A stretch of DNA of 64,000 bases from Chrysomallon squamiferum (lineage: Eukaryota; Animalia; Mollusca): contig CM022669.1 of NCBI GenBank assembly GCA_012295275.1, positions 11,780,001 to 11,844,000 of the forward strand. The letters run 5' to 3'. The notes beneath the pieces were generated by a model. That model saw nothing but the letters and a program-made list of their open reading frames with translations. It made no database searches and was not told where the DNA came from. Positions within the stretch are counted from its first letter, which is position 1; every line of letters starts with the position of its first letter. A program made the position numbers and the translations under genes. Positions 42,201 to 53,700 of the stretch are shown in pieces.

Positions 42201-42327
42201 AGACATGAATACAGTCTACCTTGTTACACATCTTGTACTTACCACTTTTTCCAACACCTCCATCACCTAGAATAACTAACTTGTACTTTTTTCTGCCTTT
42301 ACTGTTGGATGCAGATGCCCCACTCAT
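30301..42327 (-). CDS. RIT1: Ras-family GTPase RIT (RIT1/RIT2/Ric ortholog, 212 aa)
   Basis: Exons 42327-42243, 36641-36585, 35136-35063, 31736-31548, 30534-30301 sum to 639 nt. G1 [11 protein letters not shown]-type effector loop YHDPTIEDAY, G3 DTAGQ, G4 NKCD, G5 ETSA. Polybasic C-terminus ([13 protein letters not shown]) without a CAAX box, characteristic of RIT/RIN/Ric. Confidence 0.93.
32651..32771. repeat. Compound (TTG)n(TTA)n microsatellite
   Basis: Direct reading. Confidence 0.9.
33785..33955. mobile_element. Degenerate fragment of a SINE-like interspersed repeat
   Basis: GAAGAAACCTGC...GCTACCCTCATTTTTATTAGCAGCAAAGGAACCTTTAAATGTGCTTACCCAAAGGAAGGA...AAACCGACTGTGGAG resembles a high-copy repeat I recall from peltospirid gastropod genomes (core ATTAGCAGCAAGGGATCTTTTATATGCACC...CCAGTCGTGGAGCAC). 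Recall only, not searched. Confidence 0.4.
34849..35042. repeat. Minisatellite, ~3.3 copies of a ~55-65 bp unit, in RIT intron 3
   Basis: TAAATAATTCTGGAGTATTTTCT occurs three times and ATTTTCT(C/A/T)TGAA four times. Confidence 0.85.
35690..35930. repeat. Degenerate minisatellite, ~3-4 copies of a ~65-70 bp unit, in RIT intron 2
   Basis: Recurring TTTATAAA...ATTTC..TAATGATAAAA(A/T)TA(C/T)GAG. Confidence 0.65.
36645..36750. repeat. Poly-A plus (AAT)n tract directly upstream of the RIT exon 2 acceptor
   Basis: Direct reading; on the minus strand it reads (TTA)n followed by T-runs and TTTCAG. Confidence 0.9.
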
Positions 42328-43285
42328 GTTTTCAATCAGTCACCAAAAATGTAAATATACTGATGAGACATAATGACACTTACAGACGCCTGTTTAATTT
42401 CAAGACGTTTTTCTTATGACATTTTCTCTATTTGTTTAGATAATATATGCCTAGTTATTTTTAGCTTTTGAGATCCACGACGAGGAATTTACCAACCAGA
42501 AAAATGTAACGAACATGTTGATTGGTGAGAACTGATATACTTTTTGTAGGTGTAACCTCATTGGTTCAAGCGAATGAGTATTTATCTTTCGGCTAATATC
42601 GACTAGTAGATATCTGGAATATTCGGCAAATTTCGCCAGATGTTGATAAATATTAGTCGATAGCATACATTAACTTTATAGAGGGCCCTGAGCTACATAT
42701 ACATAATCGAATTCTACAGCAATCGCACGAATTTAATAATTATTAATAATAACGCTCAAACACGCACACGTATAAACTTAATTATTTTAGCAAGAATCGC
42801 CATTTCTACGGCATTAGACATTACTATTTAGTATTTACACAACAAATATTCAAATACCGATCTATAAAATTTCGAACGATCAATACGTTTTTAAAACAAA
42901 AATAATATTAATTTCATAATTATATATACAAATTTTTAACCTGCATCATTTGAAGAAACTTTTTTTCAATAAACTAATGCCTTAATGGGTTACTCAATTT
43001 TCAACTTGATAAGCAATAAAGCATGAGTTGTATTTTCGATACAAGAACACCCACACATACAAAAAAAATAAAAAAATAAAAAAATAAATAAAACTAATTT
43101 TGTTTGAAGTCTTAAAAATGTAAAACTACTTTCAATTAAATAATTTTTATTTATATATATTTTTTTTTTTTGAAATAAATAAATTTCACCAAAGAATATA
43201 TAGCATTCTTTTTTAAGGATTTTTATCTCTATATATAAATATACATATGTATCTATCTATATATATATGTAAATGTATATGTATG

Positions 43286-43325
<40 letters not shown>

Positions 43326-44390
43326 AATTCATACACTATGACATATGCAGATTATTAATACAGCTAAAGATGATTTTCAAATTCTTAATTACTAAATGTT
43401 TGATAAAAAAAAGATGTCTGCTGTTGTTACTCATGACATCTGAAACATGAAAATACTTGGAAACAGCATGAACATTCTGTAATCAATTATTTCTCATGAA
43501 AATGTTTTTATGTTCAGTTATAACCTGCAGCAGCTGGGTCTTCTCTGAATGCAGATGTGTGCATGATAAAAGTCTATTATATTTAGTCTTTTAAAGTAAT
43601 TGCTTGACAGAAAGCAAAGATACCAAATACCTAGTGTAGGACTTTTTGTATTCACTGATGCATGAAATAATCAACTGATAAAAGTGATGTGGAGTGCTGA
43701 TTTTTGAGAGAAATTGCCAAATAAAAGAATACAGGAGGACTGAACTTGTATCTCAAACAATTTATCTTGAAGTCTCTAAAAAAAATATTTCCTTTTAACT
43801 CTTAAAATGAAAGCTAAAATGAGTTGTGCTAAAAATAAGCAAACATAATTATTACATGATAAATAAAAACAAGAACATCTGATTAGTTGTTGGAATAATT
43901 TTATATTGTTTTACATCATACAGTTTATTTACTTGATCATAATAGAAATTATTAATAACTGCGAATCTTTCCTCAGTGGTATTATTTTATAATACGTGGA
44001 ATTTAACAGATGATTAATAAACTTGAAACCTCACTATTCGGTAAAAAGTTATTTTAGATATTAATAGTATTTATTTATACTATTCTTTCTATTCAGGAAG
44101 GAAGTAGAATTTTTTTTTTAAAATTACAAACTCTAGAAATTAATATTCTCATTCTTCTGCTTGCTTTTACACTTTCTCATACACACATACAAGCACACAA
44201 GGACAGATGTTTTTAAAAAACAAATGAATTCTGTAAGTATCTATATCTCAAAATTTCTTCCAACGTAGTTCAAAAATATATTTTTAATTTGATTTATAAA
44301 AAAGTTATCACAATATCACTTCTAATTAAATAATTTATTGCAACAGCCACAATATTTTAATTGTAAGCTGATATTATCACATGCTACTTT

Positions 44391-46543
44391 TTACTGAGGC
44401 ATACAGTGTCGTATATGAAAATTAACAACGTATTCTGAATTTGTCCGTTGCACACTGATGGCAAAAGGTTCACTGGGGTGAAAGGTGAAGGCCACTAAAC
44501 GTCTTGCAGTTGGAGGATGACTTCGACCCACAACTCCAGCATAAATCTTGAATTTCAGCAAGAGTGAATCCCTGCTGTAAAATCTGCACAAAGAAAATAA
44601 TAATAAGAATATTAATAATAATGATCAAATAATTCATTACCTAATATTTAGTAGTATCACCAACTCTGTTACAAATGGATCAGAAATAAAGTCAGCTATT
44701 AAAAAGCATTTAATTTTAATCTAATTTTTATGGTTATTCAGTTGTTGTTGTTTTTTGTGTGCCTGTTTTGATCCCCAATGATTAATAAAGTAATATTTAA
44801 AAAATATATTATTATAAGATATATCAAACTTTATTCTTTACTTTTCTTTCTGAATAAATTTTGGCTTTGCTTGAATATTTATTGTTTTTCCTTGTTTGAA
44901 TACACTGTCATAATATATAGTATTTCAAACCACAGATTGCAATTTCATGTTGTTTAAGAGTGAATAAATTTTGTTATTCAAAATATAATTCACCTAATTG
45001 GATGATCTCCACAAGCCTTTGGCCTCTCCATAACTGACACCCATTTGTCATCGTAACTGAACAGAGCCAAGTCTAAATAAGGACTACTGCTGTAGGATTG
45101 AGCACTGATGGGCAACTGTGCCAAAAGTCTTCGAATAGCTTCAGTGTGTCCTCCAAACTTTGCATTAATGATTGTCTGTTTGAATCGTTGCTGGATCTGC
45201 CAAGCATACAAGTTACTGGAGACAGAACAAGTAAACTGTGCCTCACTGTGAAGAGTGGCATTTCGGAAAAGATCACAGAAGTTCTCAAACATTTCTAACA
45301 ATTCTTCTGAGGTATTCTCAAACACAGCAAGAACTTTGGTGCTAATCATGTCATATACAACAAAAAAAGACGGCTGAGAATTAGGATCAGGTATTTTCAA
45401 AGTTACAACGTCTTCACTTGCATATTTAATAAGGAGGTGATTTTCATCCAACAGCTGCATCTTCCACATGCGTAACGCTCTGAATTGATCAAAGTACTGA
45501 TAGAACTTTCGCAAAGCAAATTCACTCCCTTCCTGTTTTGCTTTGTTATACAGAAAAACTAGCAGTCTGTGCTTGAGAGAGTTCAAAGATTCAATGCTAT
45601 ATGGTTTATTAAAATCTTCATTCCTTGTTACAGGGTCTAACCCTTGTCGAAAATGCAGTTCATCATCTTCATAACAAAAACGTCCAATGCTTCTAACATC
45701 AACAAAGGTTCCATTTGGTGCTACCTGAAAGATGTGTATTGTCTGTTGTTGCACAGACAAAACAGAAAGAATATTTCTATATAAATACAATCCCTGATTG
45801 TGTGACAGGTATATCTTGTCACACTTAAATCTACGTCGGTCACATAGCTGTCCACTTTCAAGGTCAACTAGATGAAGTGAATAATCTTCAAGAGGAGATC
45901 TAGGATTAGGTGAAACAGATTCATTATTTCTATACATGTCATAAAATAAAGGATGAGGATCTTCTGGGACGTAGACAGCAGATCCCACAATTACATAATT
46001 GCCATCATCGGTGAAAAGGCTGCATTCTCTGTTGAGATGTTCTCCCCCTGTGGCAACTGTAGTTGTGTGTCGAAGTCTGAAAAACCTTTCAAATAATTTG
46101 CTACGTATGTTAACTGAGAGCTGCTCGTTATTTCCTGGTAAGAATTCTCCTCTGACATTTTTCAAAAGATCCTCTGCAGCAGCTGATCCCCTAAATTCAT
46201 AAATTTCAATTGATGTCTGATCAGATGAAAAAGCGATAAAAAAACGGCCATCTGGTGAAAACTTTCGCAGAAAGCATGGCGGTTTCTCCACATTTATGAC
46301 AGTAAAATTAGGAAATACATTTGTATAAAACTGCCGAGCTTGATGGAAATGGGTTCCTGGTTTTGCTATGTGTGTTTCTCTATTCATCAGTCGATGAATA
46401 ACATTCTGACTGCAGATCTTGCGATGCTTGATGCCACATTCAGATGAAGAATTAGATCCTATAGAGAAAATATCATCTTCCTGTTTATCAAGACTACTCT
46501 GAATATTTAGACTTGTGCTTGTTATCCAACTACTTTCTTTCAT
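44391..46543 (-). CDS. DET1: De-etiolated 1 homolog (CUL4-DDB1-COP1 ubiquitin ligase component), ~580 aa, 2 coding exons
   Basis: Exons 46543-44994 and 44583-44391 sum to 1743 nt. DET1 motifs: [96 protein letters not shown]. The first in-frame ATG is at 46543 (the ORF-track start at 46570 is a TTG); the exon acceptor is at 46590. Confidence 0.96.
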
Positions 46544-47789
46544 TTTGAATTGATTTTCAACAGTAGTCAAATACTGGCAAATATTACCATCTGAAAAAGA
46601 TAATTATGGATTAAAAATAATTCATTAATTGAATATAAACCATTAGTAAGATCTTATTTTATTTTCAGTGTTGTTATGTCTGGCAGACAGATCTTTTATT
46701 TTCTGTTATGTCTGGTAAAGGTAGACTATTATGCATTTTATGTAAATTCTACCAATGCACAGAAGTTAAAACTTACACATAAATAAAATTCATATAACTA
46801 CTGAAAACTAAAACTTAAAAAAATAAATAAAATGCCCTACTGAATTATAAATTGTTGAAGTGATCAGTTTCAAGAACAAGTGCCATTATGATATAACTTG
46901 TGGCTTGCTCGAACAGCTTCAATGTCAGTTTCTTATTTTAAGCGATCATCTTCATTATTAACTAAATGCTGTCACAAAAAATTAATGAACCAATGCAAAT
47001 AATAGAAATATGAAAATATAAAAACACATAATAAAATAAAATTTTAATATCAATTTGCTACATTTTAAATTAAATGTGTTCATGTTCCAGTGAGAATATA
47101 TTTATAAACATATCTTGTACGGAATAATTAAAATAATTAGTTAATATAACAACATTACTGTCACTTGTGCAATAATATAAATCTGTCATGCTCCAGTTTC
47201 TAGTCCTTATGAAGTTTTGTGTATGGACTAATTACTGTTATATTTGATAATGGAATTAATTAACCTGCCTAACGGTGACCCAGACATCATCAGTGTTTGC
47301 TGACTTATAAACAGTTATCTAAATCAAATAATACATGTCAAAGGAATGCAAGGCGATGTTATAAACGATCAAAGACTACGAAATAAAGAGTACACGGAAA
47401 CGCATTTAATCTAATTACATAGTTAATATTTCTGGTTTAAAAGCCCTTATAAACGTGTCACAACTCCTGTAAAGTTTATTACCTTTTTTAAAATTTAAGA
47501 CTGAATATAAAATATGTTAGTGTTAACTGAAATTTAATAATTAAATTTTATTCGAACTATCAGCAGGTTCTACCCATTCTAAATTTAAGTCGCTCTTTTT
47601 AGTAATATATACCTTGAATTGAATAGTCCGACGTTCTGAAAATAAAATGTTTATATACAAGTGCATAACTATGAAAAAATTGACTAAATCTTAAAATTAT
47701 TCTAGAGAAAATAAATGATATTTAATTCCGATATAAATTAATAATTATTTTGTAAACTGTAAAGAAAAATTAGTTAACTTAAATATCCT

Positions 47790-48365
47790 TATACGGATAT
47801 TTGGTTTTATGGTAAAGGTCATTAGGCCACGCACCACGAGGCAGCCATTTTTTCCTGGAAACATCTTGTTTATTGGTGTGTTTTTGTATTTTAATCTGCG
47901 GTAAGCACAAATAATGTAAACCCCACTAGTGAAATTCTTTAAATATTTTTATTTGATACAAAATATAATAAATATTTTGAAGAATAAATCTTATTTTGCA
48001 TCCTTTATAACTAATTGTATTCCACAATCCGGAAAAGTACTTTTTTTTTTTTAATATTTGAGAACTTTACACTTCCTGGTTTTTGAAATGAATAATTAAA
48101 TTGAATGTATTAAATATTATTGCACATGATCACCAATGGCATATGAGAAAAAACAGCACCTTTATCTAGAAACTTGTGCGAATTTTGGCGTTTATTTTTA
48201 AGTGTTATTTAACAAATTTGATTCAGATTTGGCTGAGATTATCATTCATTGTCGATCGAGTGTTAAAAATTTTAATCCGAAATTGATTATTATTTTTTTT
48301 ATTTTTGCAACGATAAGAACATACTGATTAATTTTGAAAGTGACATATAACTCGTCAATCTGTAA
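47790..48365. promoter_or_regulatory. Probable bidirectional promoter for DET1 (-) and an unidentified + strand gene
   Basis: CpG-retaining patch; YY1-like GCAGCCATTTT at 47841-47851; ETS-like CCGGAA (48029) and ACTTCCTG (48071); + strand donors GCG|GTAAGC (47901) and TCT|GTAAGT (48362); a - strand donor AAG|GTATAT at 47612. Confidence 0.5.
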
Positions 48366-49005
48366 GTGTCTAATTTTTAAAGTTAATTATTAATAAATAA
48401 TTTAAATCTGAGATTAACATGTCATTTCTCTTTGAAACCTGTTGAATTACAAACTTGAAACTGTTATTCATTAAATGTTATGCCTTTTGATATTAATGCA
48501 TTTGTAAGTTATGAAACTGACAGTAATTATCCAAATAGAAGAAATGCTAAAACATTAATCATTTCTCCAATCTTTTATTGTTACCAGCACTTATAATGAA
48601 ACTGAAAGGGTTATCTAAACGCATAATAACAAAGATCAATTTTGGTGGGTAATGTACATTTTTCTTTTTATCATTGACAAAAATCAAGTTGCATAACTTA
48701 TTCAACAATCTTGACTGAAACATTTTATAAAAAATGGAATAATATTCAGATAAAAAAATAATTATTGTTTTCCCCACAGTTTATTGTATTTTAGAATAAA
48801 TAGGCTAAATTAAGTTACTTACACAAGAGTCTGGTAGTATGCTATTTATCATTATTTGAAATAGGTGAGATTTACATTGCAAAATTTAAAAGATAAAAAC
48901 TACTGTTACTCATTAATTAGCAATTTTATCTGGTACATGATTTTTGTTTAGTTACTGCTGTATCCATGTAACTAACAAGATATATACATATGTAATATAT
49001 ATTAA

Positions 49006-49636
49006 AGGGTTAGAGCCAGAAGGTCTTAAGTGCATTTTTGCCAAACTGAGAAAAACACAAAATACAGTTTCACTTCTCTGGCATTTGCATATATATTGAC
49101 ACAGGTTTTTGCAATTTCACATGTTTACAGCTTGATGGACAACTCATATATTCAGAATTTTTCATGACAATAGTCATTAGCTCACCCCAATCCCCAGAAT
49201 CACTTACAACATTCTGGCATATGAAAATCACAGACTTAAAAAAGTCAAAAGTGTAAATAAGTCCTTTTGCATACAGTTAATTGAGCTATGTATACAGGAA
49301 CAGAACATTGAAAGTGCACTTATGCTTTTTGATTTTGATATATTTACCAAACAGTTGTAAATGTCAATACAAGATACTGGCAAAAGAATGTAATATGTGA
49401 ACATACTAATATCACTGGAACCAAAATGTTAGTGTACTTACAACCTACTGGCATGACTACTTACTGTCCATAATCATTTATGACTATGTGTTTCTGACTG
49501 ATATCTCAAGAAGCTATTGTGCTACTAACTTGTTTCTTTGATATATGAAAGAATATACTACTGTACATGTATTGGTAATAAAATGTCATTTTTGCCAAAA
49601 AAAAAAATGCACCTAAGACATTCTGGCTTTAACCCT
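49006..49636. mobile_element. Non-autonomous DNA transposon (MITE), 631 bp, 34-bp terminal inverted repeats, TTAA-type target site (Kolobok-like)
   Basis: Left TIR AGGGTTAGAGCCAGAAGGTCTTAAGTGCATTTTT (49006-49039) versus reverse complement of 49603-49636 AGGGTTAAAGCCAGAATGTCTTAGGTGCATTTTT: 31/34 identical. Flanks are TTAA (49002-49005) and TCAA (49637-49640). No ORF. Confidence 0.8.
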
Positions 49637-50727
49637 TCAATATATATGTGTCTTTATCAATTTCCGTTTGCTTTTCTGTAGGCCTCTTTTCTCACAAAAT
49701 GACCACTTTATTATGACCTGTAAATTCCTTTTGGGAAAAGAAAAATACAGAACAAATGGTTGTTTACATTTTTATGCATAACTGGTAGACAATGTCACCA
49801 TCTTGAGAATGGTGTTAAAAAAATTATAATAATAAACCAAAAGATTGAATATCTCTAGCCATTGACATTAATTTGTAAACTGTGATTGTTTTTATTTGTA
49901 TAGTTTAATTTTTCAGTCATAAAATGCAAGAACCATAACTCTGGATAGAAATTTCTTACAAATGTGCCACTTAACATAATAATTAATCCTGACTAACCAG
50001 AAAGAATATTTTTTATTTATTTATTATTTTTTTTTTTATTGAGTTTTTTTTCAGTGACATTGTGCAAAAATCAACTTGAAAATCAATTTATTTTATGTTC
50101 TGACCAGTGTTTAATTTCATAATGGCCTTATTGCATATATATTACAGCCCGTAATTTCATTTTCTTTATTCAGTTATAATTTGAGAACAATTTTCTATTT
50201 AATTTTAATATCTAGTGTACTAGTGTGTTTCAGTTATGTGCATATTTTGTATGTTCAACATTTTTTAATGATTTTTTTTATTGTTACTGTTTATTTCTTG
50301 ATTTTAAAGTATGTAAAAATTTGTTTTATTAAAAAGAAAATGTATATTTAAAAAAAAAAAGCACCAAGAAGCATTTTCAATAATTGTCTAAATTCATAAT
50401 TGCAGTGAATGATTAATTTCTGTTATAAAGAAGAAGAATTTTAGAAGAATATCAAAAATTGTAATGTTGTAGATATTATATATTGCCATAAATCCTGTTG
50501 ATGTCTGGGTTTTTTTCCTTTAAATCATAAATAGGTTTGTTCATGGTTGATCCAGAAATAATTATAGTAATTGGAAATTAATAATAAATATAATTTTATA
50601 AATAACAATTTCATAATAAAATATCAAGTTCAGTGCTTGGCATTTTAAAAAACAATTCTGTATTACTGTTATTAATTTCATGCGTATAGACCAGATGTTC
50701 CATTTGCCAAGATGTTGTTATGGTATA

Positions 50728-50758
<31 letters not shown>

Positions 50759-53700
50759 CAAATCTTATTACAAAGCCAGCTTAAATTGCATGCCAATCAA
50801 TCATATAACAGATGGCTTTGCATAAACCAGTTTTTAACCTATGTTAATGCAGGCTCCAGTATTATTATATACACGTTTCGGTAAACTAGTAACCAATATC
50901 TACATAAATTGGAGATATTTCTTTATCTTTTTTTTTTTTTTCAAGTAGCTGGTACCTTTTGCTAAAAAAAGTGAGTTGTTTTCACACATTTTATATTGCC
51001 TTTATTTCATTACTGTATCAGTTAATTATAAAACTTCAGTTTTTGTATTTCAGTAAAAGATGGAAAGTAATGCTGTTTAAAAAGAAATAACTAAAACGAC
51101 ATAATTAATAATACTCTTCTAAAACTAATATTAAACTGTAATGTGAATATTTATGAATTTTTAATGTAAACTTTACAAAATTGATTATGTTTCTTCTACT
51201 TACAATTATTTCTTCAAAAGTCTTTGCTACAGTTTGCAATTTACTGTTGGGGAAAAAATGTAGAAGCTTATTTCCAATATTTAAAAATAAATATAAATCA
51301 AAGATTTGTTGGAAATTTTAAATAATAAATTACTGTCAGAATATGCATATATATAAATTAGGATTATTTGCCTGCATAATTATAGATTTAAAGATATATT
51401 TTATGTTTGTTTTGCACAACAAATAATTGTTCTTCAAGGGAGACAACTTTTGTTGCCCTAAGTATTTCCATTAATTTCTTGTAATGTAAAAACAGTGAAT
51501 ATGTTTTTTGTTTTCAAATAAATATTGATTATTGAAAAAACACATTATAAACTTTTCTGATACGAAAGTTATACATACATAATTTAGACAACAGCAAAAG
51601 TTTGTTAAAACAATTACTGTATAACAAGTACTGACAACAGTATTCTACCTTTCAACTGCAGTGAACAGGTCTTGACAGGTTTCACTTTTACCGCCATTTT
51701 GTTTTTTCTCTTTAAGGATTATTGTTATTATTATTTGTTTTATTTGTCAGTTTTTCAGATCTTTTTTTTTTTTTTTCTTCAATGGTTTTTAACTTTGGTT
51801 TTTATACTGTAAGAAATGGCCACTATGGTTGATTCATGTTTGCCCCACACACATACCTGGTTGAAATTTTTTTTATGGTTTTGTCTTTGTGCATTGTCTG
51901 ATGATCTTGCTTGGCCACACCCTAGATGAATAAGCGAAAGCAGGTGTACAGGGTAGCAAATACCTTGACAATGCTTTTGTAGTCATGAATTCTTTGAGTA
52001 ATTACACATATGCTTTTAAAACTTACTGTTGATATCTTCGTAATATTGATTTATAAAAGCAATTATGATTGATGTTTCCATCAGCAACTTGCAAGACTAG
52101 TCATTTTTATGAAGATTATATACTTTAATGATTTCAGAAGTCAGTTGCTATAGAGATTGTTGTAACATTTTAAAATAAAGTTTTGCTCTTAAGTTGATAA
52201 TGTAGTGGGTCCATTACTGTGGTATATATTTAATGAAGTGTTGTCAGCAGCAGTATTCAAATGCTTGTAGAAGCAGGTTTGGTAAATTATCTGCAACTGT
52301 AAACATTAATGAGCTCTTTTTCAACAGCTGTCATTGTTGGCTTAGGACAAAAATAAAAGCAGAGGGCATTTTTCTTTATAAATTTCAGTTGTTAATAAAA
52401 ATTATTTGTATCCTTAATATCAGTATGGTTTGTTTTTAATTGATATGCAGTTGTTTGTAAAAGTATAGAAAAGACAAATGAAAAAGGGATTTCAACTTTT
52501 TTCTTTTTTTAACTCCTCATTTTTGCCTAATAGTGAAAATATTAGTCAGTGTTAGGAGAAAACAAAAATCTTAATTTACCATTTCACCACTTCATTATAA
52601 ATATTTTAACTAAAAAAATTAATAAGCTGTATTCAGGTGATAATATTTATTGCGTCAAAGACTGGGTTAATTCCATGTATGACAAATTTCCATTCTCAGT
52701 GATGGTTACTGATTTTTGATTATGTGTAATTTAATTATTATTAATTTTATTTTTTATTTTTTATTTTTTTTCACCCTGATTAGTATGATACTCTAGTTTT
52801 TCATAATTAGATTATTAAGAAATGTAATAATCAGACTAAACAAAAATAAACTAAGGCTTAGAAATATAATAAATATTGTGAATACCTTGAAATTTCTAAT
52901 TTATTAAATAAGTTATTTCAGGAACAAAAATTAAATACTGATATTTGTGTAAATTACAACTGAAATTAAGATTTTTGAAAAATAATAGAAATAAAAAAAA
53001 AAAATAAATAAGAAATGGCAATTTATAGGTTCCTGTCAGACATTATTTTAATTTTTTTTTATTTTTTTTAAATATGGCTGAATCAGTCGGATATATACTA
53101 ACAAATGTGTGCAAGTTTTTCTCTCCTTTTTTTTTTTTTTTTACATTTTTTTACCTCATTTTTAAATTTATTTATTGTTGTTATTTATTTTTTTCTATGC
53201 TGAAGAATCAGGATTTTCTGCTGCATAAGGTATTGTATAAAGCATTATTTGTTGATTGAGTTGCAGTGTTGGTTGTCATGACTCCAGCAGACAATTATCC
53301 ACAGTGCATTGTCAGTTGGTGACAGGTATTCAATTCAGTGCAGTCTTTCTAGCAGCTACCAGTCTTGAAGAACACCATGACTTAGCCCCACAGCATTTAT
53401 TATTCATAAAACATTTCATAATCCTATTGAAAGAACAGGATAAGAGATTTAGTTTCAATGTTGATAATTTATTTTCGTTTTTTTTTTTAAATTTTTAATT
53501 TTTTTTTTTTTTTTTTTTTCATTGCCGTAAAAACATAAATACAGTTAAATACTGTTTGTTCTGTGATGTCAGAATAATCAGTAAACTATTCACTTCAGGT
53601 TTTGTATACATTTTTTATCCTCTGTAAAGGCGAAAATTCCTTTTCATTTCAAACTAGTATTTTGTGAATGTGTCTGTCTGCATGTGTGTGTGTCTAAATA

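Noticed and set aside
46649-46716. Small imperfect tandem duplication (AGATCTT...TGTTATGTCTGG twice) in a DET1 intron
   Set aside because: Ordinary slippage duplication with no further structure.
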